From Hyalangium minutum (lineage in GTDB: Bacteria; Myxococcota; Myxococcia; Myxococcales; Myxococcaceae): DNA of 62,000 bases. Numbering within the stretch: the first letter of the stretch is position 1; each line of letters opens with the position of its first letter. The DNA lies in the NCBI RefSeq assembly GCF_000737315.1, contig NZ_JMCB01000001.1, forward strand, positions 82,001-144,000, written 5' to 3'. This document shows positions 25,096 through 34,500 of the stretch, one piece after another. Position numbers and translations under genes: made by a program. A model generated the notes under the pieces. The model ran no database searches, was not told the DNA's origin, and saw only the letters and a program-made list of their open reading frames with translations.

Positions 25096-26490
25096 ATGGC
25101 TGACGACTTCGACTTGGTGGTAATTGGCTCGGGCCCCGCGGGCGAGCAGGGCGCTGTCCACGCTGCACGGCTCGGCAAGCGCGTGGTGGTGGTCGAGAAG
25201 GAGCCCGTCCCCGGTGGCACTGCGGCCAACACCGGCACCCTGCCCTCCAAGACGCTGCGCGAGACGGCGCTCTACCTCTCCGGCTACCGCGCCCGCGGCC
25301 TCTTCGGCGTGGAGACCGTGCTGAAGCGGGAGGCCACCGTCTCCGATCTCCTCTACCGCGAGCGCCGAGTGAAGGAGACCGAGCGCGCCCGCATCGACGT
25401 GAACCTCGAGCGCAACGGCGTGGAGCGAGTGCAGGGCAAGGGCTCGCTCGTGGACGCGCACACCGTCCTGGTCCAGCGCGAGGGACACCCCGATCGCCGG
25501 ATCACGGCCCGCTTCATCCTCATCGCCACCGGCTCCTCGCCCTACCGCCCGCCGCTCTACCCGTTCGATGATCCCCGGGTACACGACTCGGACGAGCTCC
25601 TCGACATCACGGCGCTGCCCAGCGCGCTGATGGTGGTCGGCGCTGGCGTGGTCGGCTGCGAGTACGCGTGCATGTTCGCCGCCCTGGGCATCCCGGTGAC
25701 GCTGGTGGACCCAAAGCCGGACCTGCTGTCCTTCCTGGACACCGAATTCTCAGGGCTGCTGCGCGAGCGGATGACGGCACTCGGCGTGCGGATGCGCCTG
25801 GGGCACTCGGTGGAGGCCATCCAGGTGCCCCAGGAGAACACCGAGCCCATCCGGCTGACGCTCGCTGGCGGCGAAATGATTGAGGTGGACCAGGTGCTGG
25901 TGGCTGCGGGCCGCTCGGCCAACACCGCGGGGCTCGGGCTGGAGCCCGTGGGCGTCAAGCTGGGCAAGCGCGGCCAGGTGGAGGTGGGCTCCACGTACCA
26001 GACGGCCGTGCCCCACATCTACGCGGTGGGAGACGTGATCGGCTTCCCGGCGCTGGCCTCCACCGCGATGGAGCAAGCGCGTGTGGCGGTGCTGCACGCC
26101 TTCGGCCAAGTGCAGACGATCTCCCCGGTGCTGCCCTACGGCATCTACACCATCCCCGAGGTCTCCATGGCGGGCGAGACGGAGCAGGGCCTGATCGCCA
26201 AGGGCATCCCCTATGTCGCGGGCCGCGCCGGGTACGTCATCAATCCCCGGGGGCAGATCATCGGAGAGGGGCGCGGCAGGCTGAAGCTGCTCTTCCACCG
26301 AGAGAGCCTGAAGCTGCTCGGGGTGCATGTGCTGGGCGAGCAGGCCTCGGAGCTGGTGCACATCGGGCTGCTGGCACTGGTGGCGGGTGCTGGAACGCAG
26401 CTCTTCGTGGAAACGTGCTTCAACTACCCGACGCTCTCCGAGATGTACAAGACGGCCACTTACGACGCGCTGCAACAACTCCAGGCCTGA
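25096..26490 (+). CDS. sthA: Soluble (Si-specific) NAD(P)+ transhydrogenase
   Basis: FAD fingerprint VIGSGPAGEQGA; GGTAANTGTLPSKTLRE lacks the redox-active CxxxxC; second GAGVVGCEYA; C-terminal GIYTIPEVS...FNYPTLSE.YK.A. Confidence 0.88.
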   Translation: MADDFDLVVIGSGPAGEQGAVHAARLGKRVVVVEKEPVPGGTAANTGTLPSKTLRETALYLSGYRARGLFGVETVLKREATVSDLLYRERRVKETERARIDVNLERNGVERVQGKGSLVDAHTVLVQREGHPDRRITARFILIATGSSPYRPPLYPFDDPRVHDSDELLDITALPSALMVVGAGVVGCEYACMFAALGIPVTLVDPKPDLLSFLDTEFSGLLRERMTALGVRMRLGHSVEAIQVPQENTEPIRLTLAGGEMIEVDQVLVAAGRSANTAGLGLEPVGVKLGKRGQVEVGSTYQTAVPHIYAVGDVIGFPALASTAMEQARVAVLHAFGQVQTISPVLPYGIYTIPEVSMAGETEQGLIAKGIPYVAGRAGYVINPRGQIIGEGRGRLKLLFHRESLKLLGVHVLGEQASELVHIGLLALVAGAGTQLFVETCFNYPTLSEMYKTATYDALQQLQA

Positions 26491-26592
26491 GCTCACCGCC
26501 TCAGGGGCTGAGATTGCTGCTCAAATGACTACGTCTGTCCACAAAGAATCCAGCAGAGACGCAGAATCTTGATCCATGTGCAGCCTTGAGTG

Positions 26593-26621
26593 TTGACCCC
26601 CGCCATCAATCCGGGTAAAAG
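26593..26621 (+). promoter_or_regulatory. Possible sigma70-like promoter for the PKS cluster (TTGACC-17 bp-TAAAAG)
   Basis: In the AT-richer 220-bp gap before the AT gene; the -10 match is imperfect. Confidence 0.3.
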
Positions 26622-26709
26622 TCGAATTCACCAGCTAGTCAGGAAAGCCGCTTAAGCAGGGCTTACAGACTGGTCGGCCGAAGCATCGACGGCGCTGAGG
26701 GGGTCAACC

Positions 26710-27576
26710 GTGACTACCATCTATATCTTTCCAGGCCAGGGTTCTCAGAGCATCGGCATGGGCAAGGAGCTCTTCCCCCGGTACAGCCATCTGCTGCGCC
26801 AGGCGGACGCGCTGCTGGGGTACTCGGTCGCGGAGCTGTGCCTGTCCGGCCCCCAGGAGCGCCTGAGCGACACGCGCTTCACGCAGCCGGCGCTCTACGT
26901 CATCAACGCCCTGTCCTACCTGGAGACGGTGCGCCAGACGGGCGTGCTGCCAGACTTCGTCGCGGGCCACAGCCTGGGCGAGTACAGCGCCCTGTTCGCC
27001 GCGGGCGCCTTCGACTTCCTCACGGGGCTGGAGCTGGTTCAGCGCCGCGGAGAGCTGATGGCCGCCGCGAAGGGGGGCGGTATGGCGGCGGTGATCGGCC
27101 TGTCCCCGGAGCGGCTCCAGGCGCTCCTCACGCGCCACGGCCTGGCTTCGCTGGATGTCGCCAACTTCAACGCGCCCCAGCAGACAGTCCTGTCCGGGCC
27201 TACCCAGGACATTCAGCTCGCTCGGCCGCTGCTCGAGCGAGAGGGGGCCCGAACGGTGGTGCCCCTCAAGGTGAGCGCTGCCTTCCACTCGCGGTACATG
27301 CGTGACGCGGCGACAGCGTTCTCGCAGTTCCTCGCGAACTACCAGTTCGCGGAGCTGAAGATCCCGGTCATCTCCAACGTCGAGGCCGCTCCGTATCAGG
27401 ATGCACGTGTCGCCGAGACACTGGTGAAGCAGCTCGTCAGCCCCGTCCGCTGGGTCGAGAGCGTCGAGTTCCTCCTCAAGCAGCCGAACCCCCAGCTGCG
27501 CGAGGTGGGACCGGGCCAGGTCCTCACGGGTCTTACCCGGCAGATTGCCCAGCAGCCGCTGCGCGCCGTCTCCTGA
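26710..27576 (+). CDS. Free-standing trans-acting malonyl-CoA:ACP acyltransferase of the trans-AT PKS (PksC/FabD-like)
   Basis: FPGQGSQ, TRFTQPALY, GHSLGEY (active Ser at 26971), RG.LM, ANFN, VSAAFHS (malonyl type); single AT domain with no ER. Confidence 0.93.
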   Translation: MTTIYIFPGQGSQSIGMGKELFPRYSHLLRQADALLGYSVAELCLSGPQERLSDTRFTQPALYVINALSYLETVRQTGVLPDFVAGHSLGEYSALFAAGAFDFLTGLELVQRRGELMAAAKGGGMAAVIGLSPERLQALLTRHGLASLDVANFNAPQQTVLSGPTQDIQLARPLLEREGARTVVPLKVSAAFHSRYMRDAATAFSQFLANYQFAELKIPVISNVEAAPYQDARVAETLVKQLVSPVRWVESVEFLLKQPNPQLREVGPGQVLTGLTRQIAQQPLRAVS

Positions 27577-27609
27577 CAGCTCCTGATCCGCGTGTCAGGG
27601 CAGCCGTCC

Positions 27610-27643
27610 AAAAAAGCGCTCCTTGAGCGCTTTTTTCGTTTTT
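27610..27643 (+). terminator. Intrinsic (rho-independent, bidirectional-looking) terminator AAAAAAGCGCTC-CTT-GAGCGCTTTTTT-CGTTTTT between the AT gene and PKS1
   Basis: 6-bp GC stem flanked by A6 and T6 tracts plus a further T5; a second hairpin CCTGACA/TGTCAGG lies at 27572-27599. Confidence 0.75.
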
Positions 27644-27691
27644 CCGGGCCCTTGTCATAAAACGGACGCCGCTCCCGCTCTGGACCTTCCC

Positions 27692-30600
27692 ATGTCCCCC
27701 GCATCGACGCTGAACGAGGTGCGCTTCACTCGAGGTGAATTGGAGCAGTTCTGCCAAGCCAGCCTCGACACGAATCCCCTCCACCTCTCCGACGACTACG
27801 CGCGCAAGAGCCCCTACGGCGCGCGAATCGTTCACGGCATTCTTGGCGCGCTGACCCTCTTGGGGCGGCTGAGAGAGCGGCCCCAGCAGCGACTGGCGCG
27901 GCTGGAACTTCGCTTCCTGAATCCGCTCTTTCTGGATCAGCCCTATAGGCTCTCTATCCAGGAGCCCACGCCAGACAAGACCCTGGCCACCCTCTTTGAC
28001 GGAGGCCGAGAGCTGCTCCAGTTGGTGGCGCACTTCCACACGGGCCCGCTCGCTCGTCCTCCCGCAGCTGACACTCCAGCACGGGCACCGCGCGAACAGC
28101 CTGCAGAGCTCGGACTCGAGGATCTCCGTGCAGGCCAACTCCTTGAAGAGGACTACTCACCACGTTGGTCGGTACTGACCGACCTGATACATCAGTTGGG
28201 TGTCACAGGCAAGGGCGTCGATGTGCAGCAGGCGGCGGTGCTGGCCTGGAGCAGCTATCTGATCGGCATGGAGGTACCGGGCCGGCAGGCCCTCTACTCG
28301 CGGCTGGATGCAGACTTCGACGCGGTGGCGGGTGAGGCGTCGTCTCTCCACTGCCGGACGGAGGTCCAGTCCGTGGAGAAGCAGTTCGGCCTGGTGCGGC
28401 TGCGTGCCAGGGTCGGCGCCGGGACCCCGATCGCCTCGCTGGAGTTGCGCGCCTTCGTCCGGCCAGAGCTACCACCGTCCTCGGTGGAGCTCCTCACCCG
28501 CCTGCAGCCGGAGTCGCGGGTGCTGGCCGGCAAGGTGGCGCTGGTGATCGGCGGCAGCCGGGGGCTGGGCGCCGCGCTCGTCCAAGCGCTGGCGCTCCAG
28601 GGCTGCACCGTCTACCTCAACTACCTCAAGAGCGAGCGAGAGGCGGCAGCCGTCCGGGACGCACTGGGAGCACGGGCGAGCGCGGTGCACCTGCTCCAGG
28701 GAGATGGCAGCGATCTGGAGTGGTGCCAGCGGGCCCAGGCGGAGATCCTTGGACGCCACGGGCGCCTGGACCTTCTGCTCTGCAACGCGTGTCTCCCCTT
28801 GCAGCCGCTGCGTGTGGAGCCGGATCCCACCTCGCGCCTCACCGAGTACGTGCGCAAGAGCCTGGCGCTGGTTCACGCGCCCCTCTCGTGCTTCTTGGAG
28901 GAGCTCGCCCGGCAGAAGGGGCAGGCCGTCGTCCTCTCCTCGTCCGCGGTTCGGGAGCCGCTCGCGGGCTGGCCCCACTACGTGAGCGCCAAGTGCGCCA
29001 TCGAAGGGCTGGCGCGCACCGCAGCCCTCGAGTACCCCCAGGTCTCCGTCATCGTGGCACGCCCGCCCCGCCTGCTGACGGAGCTCACGAATACGCCGCT
29101 CGGCAATGACAGCGCGCTGCGCCCGGAGGCAGTGGCCACCTCCCTGGTGCGCAGCCTGCTCACGGCGCCCTCCACCGGCCAGGTGGTGATGCTCGAGGAC
29201 TTCACGGACACGGCCTCTGTCAGACCGCCCACGGAGGCTCCTCCCCCGGCGCAGGAGCAAGCCGCGCCACAAGAGAAGGCCGCATCACAGGAGAAGGCCG
29301 TGCCACAGGAGCAGAAGACTGCCCCCCGCCGCAAGCTGGCCATCGCCGCCACCTTTACCGCAGAGCCCCTCCAGGAGAGCCTGGAGTTCTGGGGCGAAGA
29401 GCTGAAGCTCGGCCTGGAGGTCGAGTTCGCCCCCTACAACCAGATCTTCCAGGAGCTGCTGGCCCCCTCAAGCCTGCTCAGCGGCAACGCGGAGGGCCTC
29501 AACGTGCTGCTGCTGCGCCCCGAGGACTGGGTGCACTACGAGCACGCGGACGGCAGAGACGATCACGGCCCCGCCCACCCCGCCGAGCGCGACTTCGCCA
29601 CCTTCTCCCAGAAGGTGGAGCGCAGCACGGGGGACCTGATCGCGGCGGTGAAGACCCACAAGGCCCGGAGCAAAGCCCCCTTGTTGGTGTGCCTGTGTCC
29701 ATCCACCCCGGAGCTGCTGCGGCACAAGGGCTACGCCCTCTTCCTGCGCCGGATCGAGGAGCGGCTCGAGCGCGAACTCAAGGCCCAACCCGGGACGTAC
29801 GTCCTCCAGGCGGCTGCGTTCGCGGAGCAGTACCCTGTCTCCCAGTACCACGATGAGGTGCGCGACCAGATGGGGCACATCCCCTACACGCCCGCGTACT
29901 TCAGCGTGCTGGGGACCCTCGTCACCCGCGCGCTCCACAGCATCCTCACCCCTCCCTTCAAGGTCATCGTCCTCGATTGCGACAACACCCTGTGGAAGGG
30001 CGTGTGCGGCGAGGATGGGCCGCAGGGCGTAGACATCTCCCCCAGCTACCGCTACCTGCAGGAGCAGATGGTGCGGCAGCAGGCGCAGGGGATGATCCTC
30101 TGCCTCTGCAGCAAGAACGTGGAGAGCGACGTCATCGAGGTGTTCAAGCAGCGCCCGGAGATGGCGCTCAAGCTGGAGCACATCACCACCCACCGCATCA
30201 ACTGGCTGCCCAAGTCGCAGAATCTGCGCTCGCTGGCGGAGGAGCTCAACGTCGGGTTGGACAGCTTCATCTTCCTGGACGACAACCCGGTGGAGATCGC
30301 CGAGGTGAAGGCGGCCTGCCCGCAGGTGCTGGCGCTGACGGTGCCCAAGGAGGCCGAAGCCCTGCCCACCCTGGTCGACCACATCTGGGCCTTTGATCGG
30401 CTGGTCGTCACCGAGGAGGACAAGAAGCGCACGCAGATGTACCGCCAGAACAAGGAGCGGGACACTTACCAACAGTCCGCTACCAGCTTTGGCGAGTTCC
30501 TCCACGGGCTGGGCCTGGACATCCGCATCACCGAGATGACAGCCGCGCAGCGTCCCCGCGTGTCGCAGCTCACCCAGCGCACCAACCAGTTCAACTTCAC

Positions 30601-31530
30601 CACGGTGCGGCGCTCCGAGGCGGAACTCCAGCAACTGGTGGACGCCGGGACGCACCAGATCTGGACCACGCAGGTGAGTGATCGCTTCGGAGACTACGGC
30701 CTGGTGGGCGTGGTGATCAGCCGGCGCGATGCCGACCGCATCTCGGTGGACTCGTTCATGCTCAGCTGCCGGGTGCTGGGCCGGGGCGTGGAGCATGCCA
30801 TGCTCGCGCGCCTGGGCCAGCTCGCCCTGGACTCGGGCCTGGAGTGGGTGGAGGCCACCTTCACTCCCACCGCCAAGAACCCTCCCGCGCTCCGCTTCCT
30901 GGAGGCGGCTGGGTCGCAGTTCCGGCAGGAGGCCGAGGGCCGCAGCATCTTCCGCTTCCCCGCGCAGTACGCGGCCACGGTCACCTTCTCTCCCGACAAG
31001 GTGGACCAGCAGGACCTGGAGCTCGCCGCCAACGCCGACAAGGGCGGCAAGCCGACAGCTCCCGCCTCCATGGATGCCTCGCGGCTGGAGCGGCTCGAGC
31101 GCATCACCCGAGAGCTGTCCGAGCCCCGGCGCATCCATGAGCGCGTCAGCGCCTACCACGCCGCCCGGCGGGCGGGGCCGCTCCCCGCCCCTGAGGTCCG
31201 GCCCACCGAGCCCGCCATGAGTGCGGCGGCGGCTCCCCCATCGAATGCTCCGAGCGCTCCGAGTGCGCCTGGAGAGCCGGACGAGGCGGCGCTGTTGCGC
31301 GCCACCGTGGACTTCCTGCAGGGCATCTTCGGCCGGTTCCTCAGCGCCGCACGGACAGGGGTGAAGCTCGATACGCACTTCGAGGCGCTCGGGCTCACGT
31401 CCTTCTCGATCATCGACATCACCGTCGCGCTCGAGGACGAGCTGGGCAGCCTGCCCAAAACATTGCTCTTCGAGCACAAGACGCTGGGTAGCCTCGCGCG
31501 CTACCTCTTCACGGAGCGTCGGGCTGACCT
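27692..31530 (+). other. Loading unit of PKS1: double hot-dog MaoC DH, SDR ketoreductase, FkbH (HAD) domain, ACP
   Basis: LDTNPLH hydratase motif; GGSRGLG and YVSAK SDR motifs; FkbH VIVLDCDNTLWKG (DxDxT at 29975-29989) and LSCRVLGRGVE; ACP GLTS (Ser at 31400). Domain limits approximate. Confidence 0.88.
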
Positions 31531-34500
31531 GCTGCGGAAGGTAAAACCCACCGCCGCGCCCGCTGCCGTGCCCGTGCCCGTGCCCGCTCTCATGCCCACG
31601 GCCTCCCTGGAGCGGCCTCATTCCCAGGAAACAGCCTCCGGCCCCTCTTCGAAGACAGACATCGCGATCATCGGCATCTCGGGCCGCTACCCTCAGGCAC
31701 GCAACCTCCACGAGTTCTGGGAGAGCCTGCGCGCAGGCCGGAGCAACATCACCGAGGTCCCGGCGGATCGCTGGGAACACTCGCGCTTCTACGATCCGAG
31801 CGGCAAGAAGCGCGACAAGAGCTACACGAAGTGGGGCGGCTTCGTTGAAGGTGTCGGCGAGTTCGACTCGCTCTTCTTCAACATCTCCCCCAAAGAAGCT
31901 GAGCAGATGGACCCCCAGCAGCGGCTCTTCCTGGAGGTCGTCTACGAGGCTGTCGAGGACGCGGGCTACACCCGCCGGACCCTGGGCCGGAATGTCGGCG
32001 TGTACGCCGGGGTGATGGCCAACAACTACCTGCTCTTCAGCGCCGAGGCCGCGCTCGCGGGCCACAGCCCGTACCCCTACGCAGACAACTACCAGGTCGC
32101 CAACCGCATCTCGTACTTCTTCGACTTCAGCGGCCCCAGCCTGTCCATTGACACGGCGTGCTCCGCCTCGGGCGTGGCCCTGCACACCGCCTGTGAGGCC
32201 CTGCGCTCCGGCGCGTGCAGCGTGGCCATCGCGGGTGGCGTCAACCTGATCCTCCACCCGTACCGCTCCGTTCAGTACTCGCAGATGACGATGCTCTCGC
32301 GAGACGAGCGCTGCCGCGCGTTCGGCAGCGACGCGCAGGGCTTCGTCATGGGCGAGGGCGTGGGCGCCGTGCTCCTCAAGCCGTTGGCTCAGGCCCTGAA
32401 GGATGGGGACCATATCTACGGCCTCATCAAGGGCAGCGCCGTCAACCATGGTGGCAGAACGAGCGGCTTCACCGTGCCCAACCCGACGGCCCAGGGCGAG
32501 CTGGTGGCCGAGGCATTGAAGCGCGGAGGCGTGGACGCACGCTCCATCAGCTACGTCGAGGCGCACGGCACAGGCACGCCGCTGGGAGACCCGATCGAGG
32601 TCCGAGGCCTCACCGCCGCCTTCCGGCAGGACACTGCCGACACGGGGTTCTGCGCCATCGGCAGTGTGAAGCCCAACATCGGCCACCTGGAGCCCGCGGC
32701 CGCCATCGCCGGACTCACCAAGGTACTGCTGCAGATGCGCCATGGCACCCTGGTGCCCTCGCTCAACTCCGAGCAGCTCAACCCCTACATCGACTTCGAG
32801 AGCTCGCCCTTCCGTGTCCAGCGCGAGCGGGCGGAGTGGAAGCGCCCGCGCTGGAAGCGCCAGGGCGTCACCGTCGAAGCACCGCGCCGGGCCGGCCTGA
32901 GCTCGTTTGGGGCGGGCGGCGTCAACGCGCACCTCGTGGTGGAGGAGTATGTCCACGAGCCGACTTCCGCGACGCAGGGCCCGCAGCTCATCGTCCTCTC
33001 CGCGAAGAACGCGGAGCGGCTGCGCGAGAGCCTGGAGCGGCTTCAGCGCGCCCTCACCCACCCGCCGCAGGCTCCCGCGCACCTGCGCCCGAGCCTCGGC
33101 GATATCGCCTACACGCTGCAGGTGGGCCGTGAGTCCTTCGAGGAGCGCGTGGCGCTCATCGTACAGGACCTCGAGGAGCTCTCGCGGAAGCTGGAGAAGC
33201 TGGCCGTGGGCGAGAAGGGCGTCGAGGGTGTCTTCACCGGCAACATCAAGAACCGCGGCGCTGTGGACACGCTCGGTGAGGGCGAGGAGGCACTCGCATT
33301 CACCCAGGCCCTGATCCGCAACGGCCGGCTCGACAAGCTGGCGCAGCTCTGGACGCAGGGGGCGGAGCTCCCCTGGGAGCAGCTCCACGCGGGGCAGAAG
33401 CGTCGCCGGGTCCCCCTCCCCACCTACCCCTTCGCGCGCACCCGTCATTGGCTGCCCGAGAGCGGGCTGCTCTCGGGCCCACGTCCGGTGGAGCCCCGTG
33501 AGGCGCGGCTGGCCCCCACCCGGCCTCACCCGATGATCGACCGTGAGCGCTCCTCGCCCGAGGGGCAGCGCTTCGAGACGCGCTGGGATGGGAGCGAGTT
33601 CTACCTGAGGGATCACGTCGTGGCGGCGCGGAAGACGCTGCCAGGTGTGGCCTACCTGGAGCTGGCGCGGGCCGCGGGTGCGCTCGCCCGTGGCGCGGGC
33701 GTGGCACGGCTGCGGGCCATGGTGTGGTCCCAGCCCATCCTCGTGCCCGGCGCGCCCGTGGAGGCGCAGGTCGCTCTCCATGCAGTGAAGCACGGCACCG
33801 ACGTCACCATCAGCACCGGCACCTCGGATGGCAACCGCGTGGTCCACGCGCGGTGCCGCCTGGGAGACGAGCACCTCGAGGCCCTCTCCGCTCCGCCCCT
33901 GTTGGACCTGGAGTCCCTGCGCCAGCGCTGCACGCACCGCAAGAGCCAGGAACAGGTCTACGCGGACTTCATCGCCCAGGGCTTCACGTACGGGCCCACC
34001 TTCCAGGCCGTCGTGGAGCATCTGAGTTCGGAGAGCGAGGCCCTCTCGCTGCTGGAGCTGCCGGCCACGGCGGGAGAGCCGGACCACTTCGGGCTCCACC
34101 CCTCGCTGCTGGACGGTGCGCTCCAGACGATCATCGCCAAGGTCCGCGGGAACGAGACGTACCTGCCCTTCGCCCTGGACGAGCTGACCCAGTACGGCCC
34201 GCTGCCCCGGCGGTGCCATGCCTACGTGCGCTTCGAGCGCGAGGACGCCGAGCAGCTGCGCTGCAACGTCCGGCTGCTCGACGAAACGGGCCGGACGCTC
34301 GTGGCGCTCGACGGCCTCACCCTGCGGGCCTTGAAGCCGAAGAGTGTCGAGACCGCTCCTTCGGGGGCCCCCCTCTACCGCCCCGTGTGGGAGCGCGTGA
34401 GCGCGCCTGCCTTCGAGCTGCCTTCGCGGGACACCACCTTCCTGCTCTTCGACGAGGGTGAGGAGCGCTTCCAGGCGTGGACACGGTTCCTCGGCGAGCG

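Noticed and set aside
26486-26505. CCTGAG/CTCAGG hairpin after sthA as a terminator
   Set aside because: Only a 6-bp stem with no U-tract.
27623-27691. ORF-track TTG start of PKS1
   Set aside because: It lies within the terminator stem and T-tract; ATG 27692 is more plausible.
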